A DNA stretch of 64,000 nt from an uncultured Planctomycetota bacterium. Its GTDB lineage: Bacteria > Planctomycetota > PLA2 > JAEUHO01. The translations under genes and the position numbers were made by a program. The DNA lies in NCBI GenBank assembly GCA_963752285.1, contig CAVVXN010000005.1, positions 896,001 through 960,000 on the forward strand, in the 5' to 3' direction. Shown here one piece after another: positions 19,089 to 28,767 of this stretch. Below the pieces are notes generated by a model that worked only from the letters and a program-made list of their open reading frames with translations, was not told the DNA's origin and ran no database searches. The stretch's first letter is position 1, and every line of letters begins with the position of its first letter.

Positions 19089-19625
19089 ATGGAGTCGAAC
19101 GCCCGTAGGCGTCTCATCCTAGGGCTCGCGCTCGGAATCGCGGGCCTGGTCTTTGTCGGGTCTGGAACCGTCTTGGCGGCGGGTGGGCCTGGGGACCAGT
19201 GCTCAGGCGAGTGCGTCATGAAGTGGGTGCCCGACGAGAACAATCCCGACGGCGGAACATGGCAGTTCAAGGACTTCTACTTCCTTGGGACGTGCAACCC
19301 CGGCACCTGTATGAAACACATGTTGGTTTCGCCACCCGCTCCCGCTCACAAGAAGCAGTGCTCCTGCAATGTGGGGGGGCCGAACTGGGACTGGACGACG
19401 GTCGGCGGTATCTTCCACGAGATGCCGGGGAACTACCCCGCGTATGCGTCGACCTACTGCGACGTCGAGGCGACCACCGATGACTATGGGAACCTCGTCA
19501 GTGCCACGTGCATCGGTGAGTGCGAATCGGAAGGCCCGAATTGCACCTCCTTCATTTTCTGGGACAACGTAGACACGAAGACCGGCGAGCGCACCCGCGG
19601 GTACCAGTGCAACTGCATCCACTAG
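19089..19625 (+). CDS. Small secreted Cys-rich protein (12 Cys)
   Basis: aggag RBS; signal peptide RRRLILGLALGIAGLVFVGSGTVLA; CxxxC, CxxxxC, QCSC, QCNC motifs. Confidence 0.82.
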   Translation: MESNARRRLILGLALGIAGLVFVGSGTVLAAGGPGDQCSGECVMKWVPDENNPDGGTWQFKDFYFLGTCNPGTCMKHMLVSPPAPAHKKQCSCNVGGPNWDWTTVGGIFHEMPGNYPAYASTYCDVEATTDDYGNLVSATCIGECESEGPNCTSFIFWDNVDTKTGERTRGYQCNCIH

Positions 19626-19640
19626 ACACGGCGAGACCCC

Positions 19641-21401
19641 ATGACGATCAGAACCCGACACCAGAGAGCGCTGCGCCTCGCGGCGCTCTCTCTTGCTATC
19701 CTAGTTGGCGCGCTGCTCGCCTACCTAGAGTGGGCTGGCGCGAGTCTGCCCACGGCGTCACAGATTCGCAGACTTGAGCCCTCGCGGCCTGGGGCCTCTC
19801 GCGAAGTCTCCCTTGCTGGCAAGGGACAGCCAACCTCCTCCAATCATCAGCTGGTTAACGGTGTGCGGGAGAGCGTACAGCCGCCCGCCGCCAGTACGGT
19901 GTCCGTTCTGGTGTGCGAACACACCGCTCAGGCGGCTCCGGTGGCGGGGGCTCATGTCACCCTCCTCGTAGGTGTGCGCTCCGTGCGGCAGCCCGGTGTC
20001 TGGATACGGCCAATCACGACTCTCGACATCGGCAACACCGACTCGCGCGGCCGTATCTCCGGGCCGCTACTACGGATGGACGGAGCCGGAGACCTCGCGG
20101 TGGAGGTGTCCGCTCCGGGATACGCGCTCGCTGAACACCTGCTGGGCGCGAAGGATCTCTCATCTGAGGTTCGGGTGCAGCTAGACCCGGCATTCAGGCT
20201 GGCAGGCAAGGTCCAGCTTCCCTCTGGGAGCCCAGTCTCTGGAGCCCGAGTGTCCGCCCGGGCCGAAGGGTATCCCGTTCTTTCGCACGCAGGCGAGACT
20301 GTCTCCACTCCTATGCAGCAGTTCGCGACTACGGACGCCAACGGCATTTTCGCGTTTGAAGGGCTTACTGCCCGTACGCATGACGTGCGCGTTCTGGACC
20401 CAGCATACGTGACGTACAAGCCTCCCGCACAACCAGGAGAGCCGATTGAGGAGGTACCCACGGTCTTCTCGCCTGGTGCGTCCGACGTAGTGCTAACGGT
20501 GGAGAGGCTCCTCTTCTACCGTGTCCGATTCGTCGACTCACGAACCGGAACTGGCATACCTTGTGCGCAGGAGCTGTTCGTGAGCAGCGTCACTCCGACT
20601 GGGCTAGAGTTCCGCAATGTAGAGCAACTAGAGGTCGATGGGAGAGGACTGCAGCTCGGGCGGCAATCCACCGACCCGTCATTCGTTCTCGGCTGCGTCG
20701 CAACTGAGGGGGAAGCCCAGACTCCTGTCGGCGCGGACCTCAATTTCACAGTCCCTGGATACACATACGCCCATACGAACGCACGGCTATTCACGGCTGC
20801 CAACTTGGGTAGCAACGTCGATATCGTCGAACTTGAACCGCTGGATCCAGCTGGCACGTACGGCAGCGTAGACGTGTCAGCCGAACTGCCCGAGGGTCTC
20901 GCGTTGCCTGACTACTGCCCCATGCTTGCCGTATACCTGAAGAGCGGGCTGTTCATTACCGTGGGTGGAACCCTCGGAGAGGACAAGCTGTTTCACTTCC
21001 ATGGCGTTCCTACGTCGGCGCACGAGGTCGCTCTGGCCCCATATTTCAGTATGCGTAGTGGGGTATCAGTCGCTGCGAGCAGTACGGAGAGAGTCACATT
21101 CAATTACGCCACCATCTCAGGATTCTCGCTTCGTGTCGAGGGTCCCGGGGACACCCGGCTCTTCGGTGCAGAGGCTTGGGTGAAGGATGCGAAGACAGGC
21201 TACGAGTTTCGGGTCCCATCATGGGTCAACAGGCTGTGGCCCCGGCCTGGAGGTTCCCTGGGTTCATGCGCCTATTCTCTGAAGCCAGGAGACTATCATG
21301 TCAAGGTCCTGGTGCCAGGCTTGAAGGTGGGGCATGCTGACTTCTCTGTCGTTGAGGGGACGGTGCGGAAGGTGTCCGTACAGCTCGCCGCTGCGGAGTG
21401 A
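19641..21401 (+). CDS. Membrane-anchored protein with carboxypeptidase-regulatory-like domains
   Basis: TM LAALSLAILVGALLAYL; PVAGAHV..TDSRGR..SAPGYA; LAGKVQLPSGSPVSGARV..TTDANGIFAFEGL. Confidence 0.85.
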   Translation: MTIRTRHQRALRLAALSLAILVGALLAYLEWAGASLPTASQIRRLEPSRPGASREVSLAGKGQPTSSNHQLVNGVRESVQPPAASTVSVLVCEHTAQAAPVAGAHVTLLVGVRSVRQPGVWIRPITTLDIGNTDSRGRISGPLLRMDGAGDLAVEVSAPGYALAEHLLGAKDLSSEVRVQLDPAFRLAGKVQLPSGSPVSGARVSARAEGYPVLSHAGETVSTPMQQFATTDANGIFAFEGLTARTHDVRVLDPAYVTYKPPAQPGEPIEEVPTVFSPGASDVVLTVERLLFYRVRFVDSRTGTGIPCAQELFVSSVTPTGLEFRNVEQLEVDGRGLQLGRQSTDPSFVLGCVATEGEAQTPVGADLNFTVPGYTYAHTNARLFTAANLGSNVDIVELEPLDPAGTYGSVDVSAELPEGLALPDYCPMLAVYLKSGLFITVGGTLGEDKLFHFHGVPTSAHEVALAPYFSMRSGVSVAASSTERVTFNYATISGFSLRVEGPGDTRLFGAEAWVKDAKTGYEFRVPSWVNRLWPRPGGSLGSCAYSLKPGDYHVKVLVPGLKVGHADFSVVEGTVRKVSVQLAAAE

Positions 21402-21630
21402 CTTCCGTGAGCATCGCATTTGCTTCCCTCGCTGCGGCTGCCAGGTACTCCTCTCATCCTCGTTGCACACGGCCATCCCGGAAGCCCCCATGCGGAAGAC
21501 TCCGGGGGGTCCGGGGGCGCAGGCCCCCCGCCTGGGACCCACACGATTTCCCGATGACCCAGGAAAACGCCCTAGCTCTCGCACTCTCATTGGCAGAATC
21601 CAAGTCCGGGTTCCATCACGGCCCCCCAAG

Positions 21631-23463
21631 TCATCGCGCCTCCAGAAGTTGAAAGTCCAGGACTTTCAGGCCCGCGTCAGCCGAGAGCGTTACATCCTTC
21701 CAGGCCCTCTGATAGCCGTCTTTCACGATGTAGACCCCGTACTGCCCCGGGGGGACGAAGAGGTCGCCAAGGTACGGTCCGGTTGGGGTCAGTCGCCTGC
21801 CATCCTGATACTGCGGAAGCAACAGCCACTCTACTCGCGAGAGCATGAGCAGCGGCCTCAGCGGACTACCTGTAGGCCGTCCGTCGGCCGCCGGCAGATA
21901 GTAGACATTCGCTCTGTACTCGAACACAGGCTGCGACTCAGCATCCGTCACTGAGATCCGTAGCCGGGGCAACTGCGGCGATATCGTCAATGTCGCCGCG
22001 CCGCCCGGAGCGATGTGCACCGCGCCGAGACGTAGGGGCGGCAACCAGTACCCAATGGCCAGTGAGGCGGCCGCCTGGTAGTCACCCGCTGGAATGGAAA
22101 TCGTACCTCTTCCGACCTGTGGATTGTCCGGGTCGGGCTCCAGATGAATCGCAGTGGGGCTAGCGCTCTCGGTCGCGCTGTCACCTGGCCTCCCCTCCAG
22201 AATAAGCGAGACTTCGCGTGGAGGCACCGCCATACCAGGCACCGATACCTTCACATCCAGCCCCCCCCACTCGGCATCCACGTTCGATCGAGTTAGTTCG
22301 AGGACCAAAGGTGGGGTCGCTCGTGAATCGATGGGGCCTCCCGCCGGGACGAGAGTCTCCACCTTCGCCTCTGCTCGCCGGTAACCCATAGCTCTCGCGA
22401 TGACGGTCGGCATCTTGCTTAGGTCTGACTCCGGACCCGCGATGGTAAAATACTGACGGTAGATACCACCCGATCTCCAGCCCGATCCCGCGCGCTCATC
22501 ACCACCCTCTGACGCCCCTGGCTGTAGCAATGGACCGTCTGCCGTGTCAGACTGCTCCGGCCAGCATCTGAAATCCCAGCGCACGAACTCTACCGGTTTC
22601 CCCGTCTCGGCGTCCTTTGCCGTGAAATCCCGATACGCAAGTCGAGAGACCCGAATTTCGATGTACTCACCGCTGTTGTGTACGATCGGGCGCTCGCCAC
22701 CATACCCATGAATGGCAAACGGATGGCTGGCGTAGACTTCGACTGGAAACTCCGGGACTCCTCGGATCTCGAACGTCCCATCCTCTGCGGATATCCCCTC
22801 CTGCCTGGCCCCCACCAAGACCCTGCCAGGAAGAAGGCTGGGAGGCTCCGCGAGGAGTTCGTCACCCCTCCCGGAGAGGGCGCTAACGACGGCACCCGGG
22901 ACTGGGTCGCCGAGTTGGTCCAGGACCACGCCCCGGAACCACCCTCCTTGGCGAAGCAGGAGCCTGACTGGGCTGCCATCGTTCTGCTTCAGCTGCTCAA
23001 CGAGGGCGCCGCGATCCATCTCCAAGGGGATGTAATTCGCGGCAGTGGCAAGGAGGATGGTGCGTTCTGACTCTGGCTGATCTAGACTTCCCTCCCCCTC
23101 CTCATTTGTTGTCACAACTGCGCTGGTATTTCCGTCAGTCAGCCTTTCCCCGGGTGCTACGAAGTAGAGGCGGGCACCCTTCAAGGCGGCTCCCGCGTTG
23201 TCGGCAACGAGAACCGGGATCGGCCAGGGCGCCGCCTCAGCGTCCGGCTGCGTGGCTGCACCCGAACCGTGCAGCACAACTTGACGATCCGCCTGACCTG
23301 CCCCCAGCGCCCTCGGGCCGCTGTTGGCCAATTGACCTCCGCTGTTCGTGCCCCGCGCAAACCAGAGCACGAGTCCCAAGGCTGCCAGGACTCCGAAGAG
23401 CAGACCAAGAGTCAGCGGAACTCGACGGGCCCAAACGCGGGAAGTCGGATGCTTCTCAGACAA
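21631..23463 (-). CDS. Membrane-anchored protein with carboxypeptidase-regulatory-like domains (TTG start)
   Basis: GGAGG RBS 7 nt before TTG; TM LTLGLLFGVLAALGLVLWF; FRGVVLDQLGDPVPGAVV..SAEDGTFEIRGV; PPGQYGVYIVKDGY. Confidence 0.85.
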   Translation of the reverse strand: MSEKHPTSRVWARRVPLTLGLLFGVLAALGLVLWFARGTNSGGQLANSGPRALGAGQADRQVVLHGSGAATQPDAEAAPWPIPVLVADNAGAALKGARLYFVAPGERLTDGNTSAVVTTNEEGEGSLDQPESERTILLATAANYIPLEMDRGALVEQLKQNDGSPVRLLLRQGGWFRGVVLDQLGDPVPGAVVSALSGRGDELLAEPPSLLPGRVLVGARQEGISAEDGTFEIRGVPEFPVEVYASHPFAIHGYGGERPIVHNSGEYIEIRVSRLAYRDFTAKDAETGKPVEFVRWDFRCWPEQSDTADGPLLQPGASEGGDERAGSGWRSGGIYRQYFTIAGPESDLSKMPTVIARAMGYRRAEAKVETLVPAGGPIDSRATPPLVLELTRSNVDAEWGGLDVKVSVPGMAVPPREVSLILEGRPGDSATESASPTAIHLEPDPDNPQVGRGTISIPAGDYQAAASLAIGYWLPPLRLGAVHIAPGGAATLTISPQLPRLRISVTDAESQPVFEYRANVYYLPAADGRPTGSPLRPLLMLSRVEWLLLPQYQDGRRLTPTGPYLGDLFVPPGQYGVYIVKDGYQRAWKDVTLSADAGLKVLDFQLLEAR

Positions 23464-23707
23464 CTGGTTACCTCCCCGCGGCCCGACCTGGAGCAGAGGA
23501 TGGTCCCCAGATCAGGCGCAGCATAGTCTCTCGTAATACGGGTTCTCGCGCCACAATACAGCTCAACGTCCCGGGCAGCCTCCGCCGGCACCCCCGATGA
23601 CAGAGCATAGCAGCGAAGCACCGAGAGCGACACTGGCCCGCCGCGACGGGTCTAGGTCGACAGAGGCGCGCACGCGCGAACCGGCCCTAGCGGCCACCGC
23701 CTTCCCC

Positions 23708-23782
23708 CCGGCGCGGTCGCGCGGCTCTCCCCCAACGAAGCACCCCTCCTCCGTCTCGTCAGCGCAGTGCTCTTGGGGACCC
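23708..23782 (+). repeat. Decayed IS256 C-terminal fragment, direct repeat of 25511-25585
   Basis: ccggcgcggtcgcgcggc...caacgaagc.cccctcctccg.ctcgtcagcgcagtgctcttggggaccc in both copies. Confidence 0.75.
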
Positions 23783-23822
23783 ACCGCCCGCGGGCCGCGC
23801 ACTGAGCACGGACACCCCATGC

Positions 23823-24110
23823 TGTGGTTGGGAGACGTCCAGATTTACGAGCCTCCGTTGACCGACACGGGTGCCGGCGATCCTCCGGGGGGTACCCGGA
23901 GGGCTCGTCATGGCCCGCCTGAGCAAGGAGGACGTCGTGACGATCGAAGCGTTGAGGAAGCGAGGGCAGTCGGCCCCGGCCGTCGCCCGGGTGCTGGGCG
24001 TGACGGAGGGCACGGTTCGCTACCACGACCGCCGAGCCGCCGCCGGGGCGGCGGACGGTCGCTCGCGGCAGGTCCATGTAGCCGCCGCGTTCGTGCGGGA
24101 GGCCCGCTCT
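23823..24110 (+). pseudogene. IS21-like left end plus istA N-terminal remnant
   Basis: TGT-initiated end; ATG 23910 MARLSKEDVVTIEALRKRGQSAPAVARVLGVTEGTVRYH (HTH). Confidence 0.65.
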
Positions 24111-24202
24111 AGAACCACGGAGACCACCTCCGGAGGGAGGAGTCTCCAGGGATGCGGCCGAGCGCAGCGGAGTCTGGTAGCACCACGCGCTTCATGCTCT
24201 CT

Positions 24203-24870
24203 CTACTCCTTCTTCTTGCTGCCAGGTACCCGGAGCGCTGCGGCCACCTCGCTGTACTTTGCGTAGCGGTCCAGCAGCGCTTCGTACTTCCGAAATGTGG
24301 GCCCCGCGAAGGTCTCCGAGAGTTTCGAGCGCTGCTCGCTCTTGAGGCGCGCAAACTCCAGCGCCCACTCTTTCCCCGCGGCGTTCAGAGCCTCCTGCCG
24401 CTCCTCCGCATCGGCGATGGGTGTGGCCCGCTCGATCTTCGCGAGCCAGTCCTGGTGCGCCAAGAACTTCCTGTACGCCCAGTCCTCGTAGAAGCGGTGA
24501 AGCTCCTCGCGCGCATCATCACCGAGATCCGATCCAAGCAGCCTCTCCAGTGCGCGAAGGCGCTCATCAACCTGAAGTTGGACGTACTCCTGATACCCAT
24601 GGCTCGTTAACTGTTGAACCTGCTCTGGAGTTGGGAGGATCGCCTCAGCGAAGGCAGCGAACGGCTCGTCCTCTTTGCTCTGGACGACGACTGGGTGCGT
24701 GCCGCTCGGTGGCGCAGATCCTCCAGCGGCGGCGGACGCCTCTGTGACGGCGGGGACCGCTCGCCCGGACTCGACGCTCTCCGCGGCGTTGTCGCTCTTC
24801 GCACCGAACGCGCCCCGCAATTCCGGAGCGCCGATGTGCCCCACGATTGTGCGCTTTGGTATGGACTTCC
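24203..24870 (-). pseudogene. 5'-truncated hypothetical protein (linker plus helical domain)
   Basis: Coding-like frame GAPELRG...EQVQQL...DWAYRKFLAHQDW...SKKKE; its N-terminus is replaced by an istA fragment. Confidence 0.55.
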
Positions 24871-24874
24871 ACCC

Positions 24875-25055
24875 GATCTGCGCCTGCCGCTCGCCCCCGA
24901 AGTACACCTCGACCCTGGTCTCGTGCACGCGCACCGCGACCTTCTCGCCCACCAGCCGCGAGGGCACCGAGTACGGGTGACCCATCACGCGGACCGTGCT
25001 CCCCTGGCCCACGCGTACCTCGAGTTCGCGGTACGAGGGCAGGCGCACGCTGGGT
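24875..25055 (-). pseudogene. IS21 istA C-terminal fragment
   Basis: VRVGQGSTVRVMGHPYSVPSRLVGEKVAVRVHETRVEVYFG. Confidence 0.75.
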
Positions 25056-25057
25056 AG

Positions 25058-25676
<619 letters not shown>

Positions 25677-26029
25677 TGCGGCTGCTCCCGCGGCGAGCGC
25701 GACAACCAGACCCTGGAGCACCATGCTATGGTATCGATTGAGGGCGACAGCTCTCCCGAGGCAACCACACAGCGACCGCCCATAGTCAGGGTTCATGAGA
25801 GCAAGCGCTGCAGTCATACAGCCCGCACCAAGGAATCCCCACTTGACAACGTACAGCGCGCGCAAACAGACAACCCGAGAAGTGAATGTCATGGCCACAA
25901 CCACCGCCTCGAAACCGGCTATTAGCAACCACGGATCGGTCGGAGACTTCGCCGCGAACACCTTCAGAACAAACGCAGCCGTCAGAACAGCGCTCAGCCC
26001 CCAGAGCGACGCGATGCTCATTTCCCAGG

Positions 26030-27793
26030 TTATTCCTTTCTCTGGAGACTGACATCAACGTCCACTATATCGCCTGGTGGGATCGTGAAGTCGACGTTGC
26101 CCGGCTCATATCCTGCATGAACCACGGAAACCCGGTAGGCGCCGCCCGCAGGGACTGCGTGTATGATCTCCTCCCGCCCGACAACATCCTCCAACTCGGA
26201 ATAGGGAACGGAGACCCTGCTGTTCCTGTCCACTTCCTCACCGCCAACACTCGTCAACTTCGTGTAGACTACAGATTCAGGCTGGATGTCACGAAATCCC
26301 CAGTCGGTCGCGATGTGCAGGCGGAAGCCCGTCACAGGTGGGAACCGCACAAGGACGCTTTCCGGTTGCTGGCTCTGAAGATCGACGGGAAACTCGTCGG
26401 ACGATCCCCAAGTTCCAGCATGCACCCTACCGGTGAGCAACCCTCGGGGCAACGGGCCATAGTGCCAGTGACCGTCTGTCTGGACACCCCAAGCCAGTAG
26501 GTCGTCGCGCCGTCCAGCGCTGTCATGCAGTACCAAGTAGCGGGCGCAACTCCTAGCGGGGGGTATGTCGCGCGAGGCCCACAGTTCAGTAACACTCAGG
26601 CCGGAACACCAGTCGTCCGGGCGGTGCAGGGTGAGCGGCACCTCGTCAGCGGTTGGATCGCGGACGTACTCGTCAGGCTTCCTGAGACGAAGTGTCGCTA
26701 TGACGGGCAGGTAGACCTCATCCGTGCTTGTCCAATGAATGAGAGCCTGCATGTGCGTGGGCGGCGCGGCGTCGTCGAAAAGGATGGCTTGGAGGATGGA
26801 AGGTACGCCCGGCCTGTAATAGGCGTTCAACATGCCAGTACTGCTGAAGATCACACGTCCGGTCAACAGGTCCGAGCGCGTCGACATGCCAGGTTCAGTG
26901 CCCCAAAACTCAATCCCAATCCCGTTGAGGGTTACAGGAAGCCGCGAGCGCGCGTCTACAGGCTCGAAACAGACGAGCCGCACGGGCTGGGCCACAACAT
27001 CGACCTCGTCCGCATTCTCTCCACGTGATTGCGCCCGAAGCGTGCTCCACCCGTCCGCATCTACTCGGATAAGGTACGGACCGGGCCCGACCCCCTCCGC
27101 TGTAAAGTCCCCCCGTTTGTCGGTGAGCGCCTTGGACCACCAGCCGTTCCCGAGCGGTAGAAGGCCGACGTCCGGCGCGTCGCGCCGTTGTGCGCGCGCG
27201 ATGACGACCACGTGAATGTCCGGGACCGGACCCCCCGAGGGAAGCCGAACCGTTCCGCGCACTTGCCTCCCGCGGCGCAGTTTGATAACGACAGGACCTA
27301 CGGGTACTGCGTTTGTGGTCGCGACGTGGACTTCGCCCATGAGGTAGCCGCTGGCGGCCGCGAGGACGCGAACCGGTCTGTCTTGCGGAGCACCGACCGT
27401 AGCGGAGCCGTGCGGGTCCGTGACTGCGCGCTGGATCACATCACGGTCCGTCATTCCCTGCCTTGGGGGGCTTGCCTCGAGCGCGACCTCTACGCTCGCG
27501 CCGGCTAGGGGGAGAGAGTGGGTGTCCTCGACACGCACGGTCAACAAGAGCATCCCTTGGACCCTTGGTTCGGAGGCGGGCGTCGACGCTCTCGGTTCTG
27601 GTACCCCGCCGGTACCATACAGGCGCGGCGGGGTACCGGGAATTACAGTAGGGCTCACACGCTGCACGGCGATGGGGCCGAATGTCCTGCGCGAGAGTGG
27701 CTTTTCAGAGAACGCCAGGTAGGCGCCCAAGGCGCCCAGAGCAGCGACGAGCGCAGCGACCCACACCCTCCTCTTGTTAGCTCCTCTGGCCAT
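26030..27793 (-). CDS. Membrane-anchored protein with carboxypeptidase-regulatory-like domains
   Basis: TM VWVAALVAALGALGAYLAF; PLAGASV..TDPHG..AASGY; VRGTVRLPSGGPV..TDKRGDFTAEGVGPGPYLIRVDADGW. Confidence 0.85.
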   Translation of the reverse strand: MARGANKRRVWVAALVAALGALGAYLAFSEKPLSRRTFGPIAVQRVSPTVIPGTPPRLYGTGGVPEPRASTPASEPRVQGMLLLTVRVEDTHSLPLAGASVEVALEASPPRQGMTDRDVIQRAVTDPHGSATVGAPQDRPVRVLAAASGYLMGEVHVATTNAVPVGPVVIKLRRGRQVRGTVRLPSGGPVPDIHVVVIARAQRRDAPDVGLLPLGNGWWSKALTDKRGDFTAEGVGPGPYLIRVDADGWSTLRAQSRGENADEVDVVAQPVRLVCFEPVDARSRLPVTLNGIGIEFWGTEPGMSTRSDLLTGRVIFSSTGMLNAYYRPGVPSILQAILFDDAAPPTHMQALIHWTSTDEVYLPVIATLRLRKPDEYVRDPTADEVPLTLHRPDDWCSGLSVTELWASRDIPPARSCARYLVLHDSAGRRDDLLAWGVQTDGHWHYGPLPRGLLTGRVHAGTWGSSDEFPVDLQSQQPESVLVRFPPVTGFRLHIATDWGFRDIQPESVVYTKLTSVGGEEVDRNSRVSVPYSELEDVVGREEIIHAVPAGGAYRVSVVHAGYEPGNVDFTIPPGDIVDVDVSLQRKE

Positions 27794-27897
27794 TCATCCT
27801 CCGCGCACGAAGGGTGCAGTCGGCGTGCAGAAGCTGACTGAACCGAAAACCTGCCCCAACGACCGAGTGCAGGGCCACAACGCTACGGACAGTCGCA

Positions 27898-28325
27898 GTG
27901 TAGTTCGCCTCGCGCTCGAAGCGCTCGGTGACCGCGGGGTCGAGGGAGCGCTCGCAGTCTTCGGTGAGCCCGTACGCGTCCCGCTGCCACTCCAAGCTCC
28001 AGTGCCCAGCCTCGTGCAACATGAGCCACGGACGGCGCCGAGGGGGCTCGTCACGACCGACGAGGATGAGCCGCTTCGCGAAGTGAAGGAGGGCGCGGAC
28101 CTTCTCCAAGGCCTGCTTGAACGGCGCGCTGAGACCGCGACGGATCTTCGCCAGAAAGCCGGGCTCAAGATTCTCCTCTTCGACTGTGAGTTTCGTGTGC
28201 TCGACGATGGCATCGACCGGGGTCGGGAACACGCCGGCGGCTCCCGACTCGCGCAGGAGGCGGGCCGCGCGTTCGCGGACCCGCCGCGCGTCCTCTGGTG
28301 TCATCTGGTCCTCCAGTGCGGCCAT
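27898..28325 (-). pseudogene. Truncated ImmA/IrrE-family (CapP-like) zinc metallopeptidase
   Basis: GAAGVFPTPVDAI, LHEAGH (HExxH), WQRDAY...EDCERSLDP...FEREAN; similarity breaks immediately after EREANY. Confidence 0.72.
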
Positions 28326-28517
28326 GTCACTTGCGAGCCGGTCCCTGACCGGTATCTGACTTCCGCATCTCTGTACGGTCAAGGGGAATCCCACGGTCCC
28401 CTGTACGTGGTCGTGTCAAGTGCCCCCCCAATGGTCGTCGAACCTGCCCCCCTTGGAGCCTGCCGATCCACGCGCTCTTCCGAGCGCTCTCGCCTCCTTT
28501 CCTGCGGGTCTTTAGAT

Positions 28518-28740
28518 GGGGGTGTAGCGTTCTGTCTCCAAAAGACTCCCCGACCGGAGGAGCCGGGGCCCTCTCGCTGCAGCGAGCGTAGCGGGCGAAA
28601 GCGAGAGGGCCCCGGCGCGACCGCGCCGGGGGGAAAGCGGTGGCGGATCAGCGCCGATCCAACTGCAGGTGACCAAACCAAGCAGGAGGAACCGGCGTGA
28701 CCCACCACCCGCAGGCTACGTCCATCGATCGGATCCTGGC
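28518..28740 (+). mobile_element. IS256 left end and first ~14 codons (right boundary of the island)
   Basis: GGGGGTGTAGCGTTCTG...; near-identical to the leader and MTHHPQATSIDRIL start of the intact copy. Confidence 0.88.
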
Positions 28741-28767
28741 CGGGCCGACCGAGTGGCCGGGGTCCGG

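Noticed and set aside
12264..19625. Small Cys proteins as RiPP precursors or c-type cytochromes
   Set aside because: They are 165-178 aa with export signal peptides, have no CxxCH, and no radical SAM, YcaO, LanM or C39 transporter gene is nearby.
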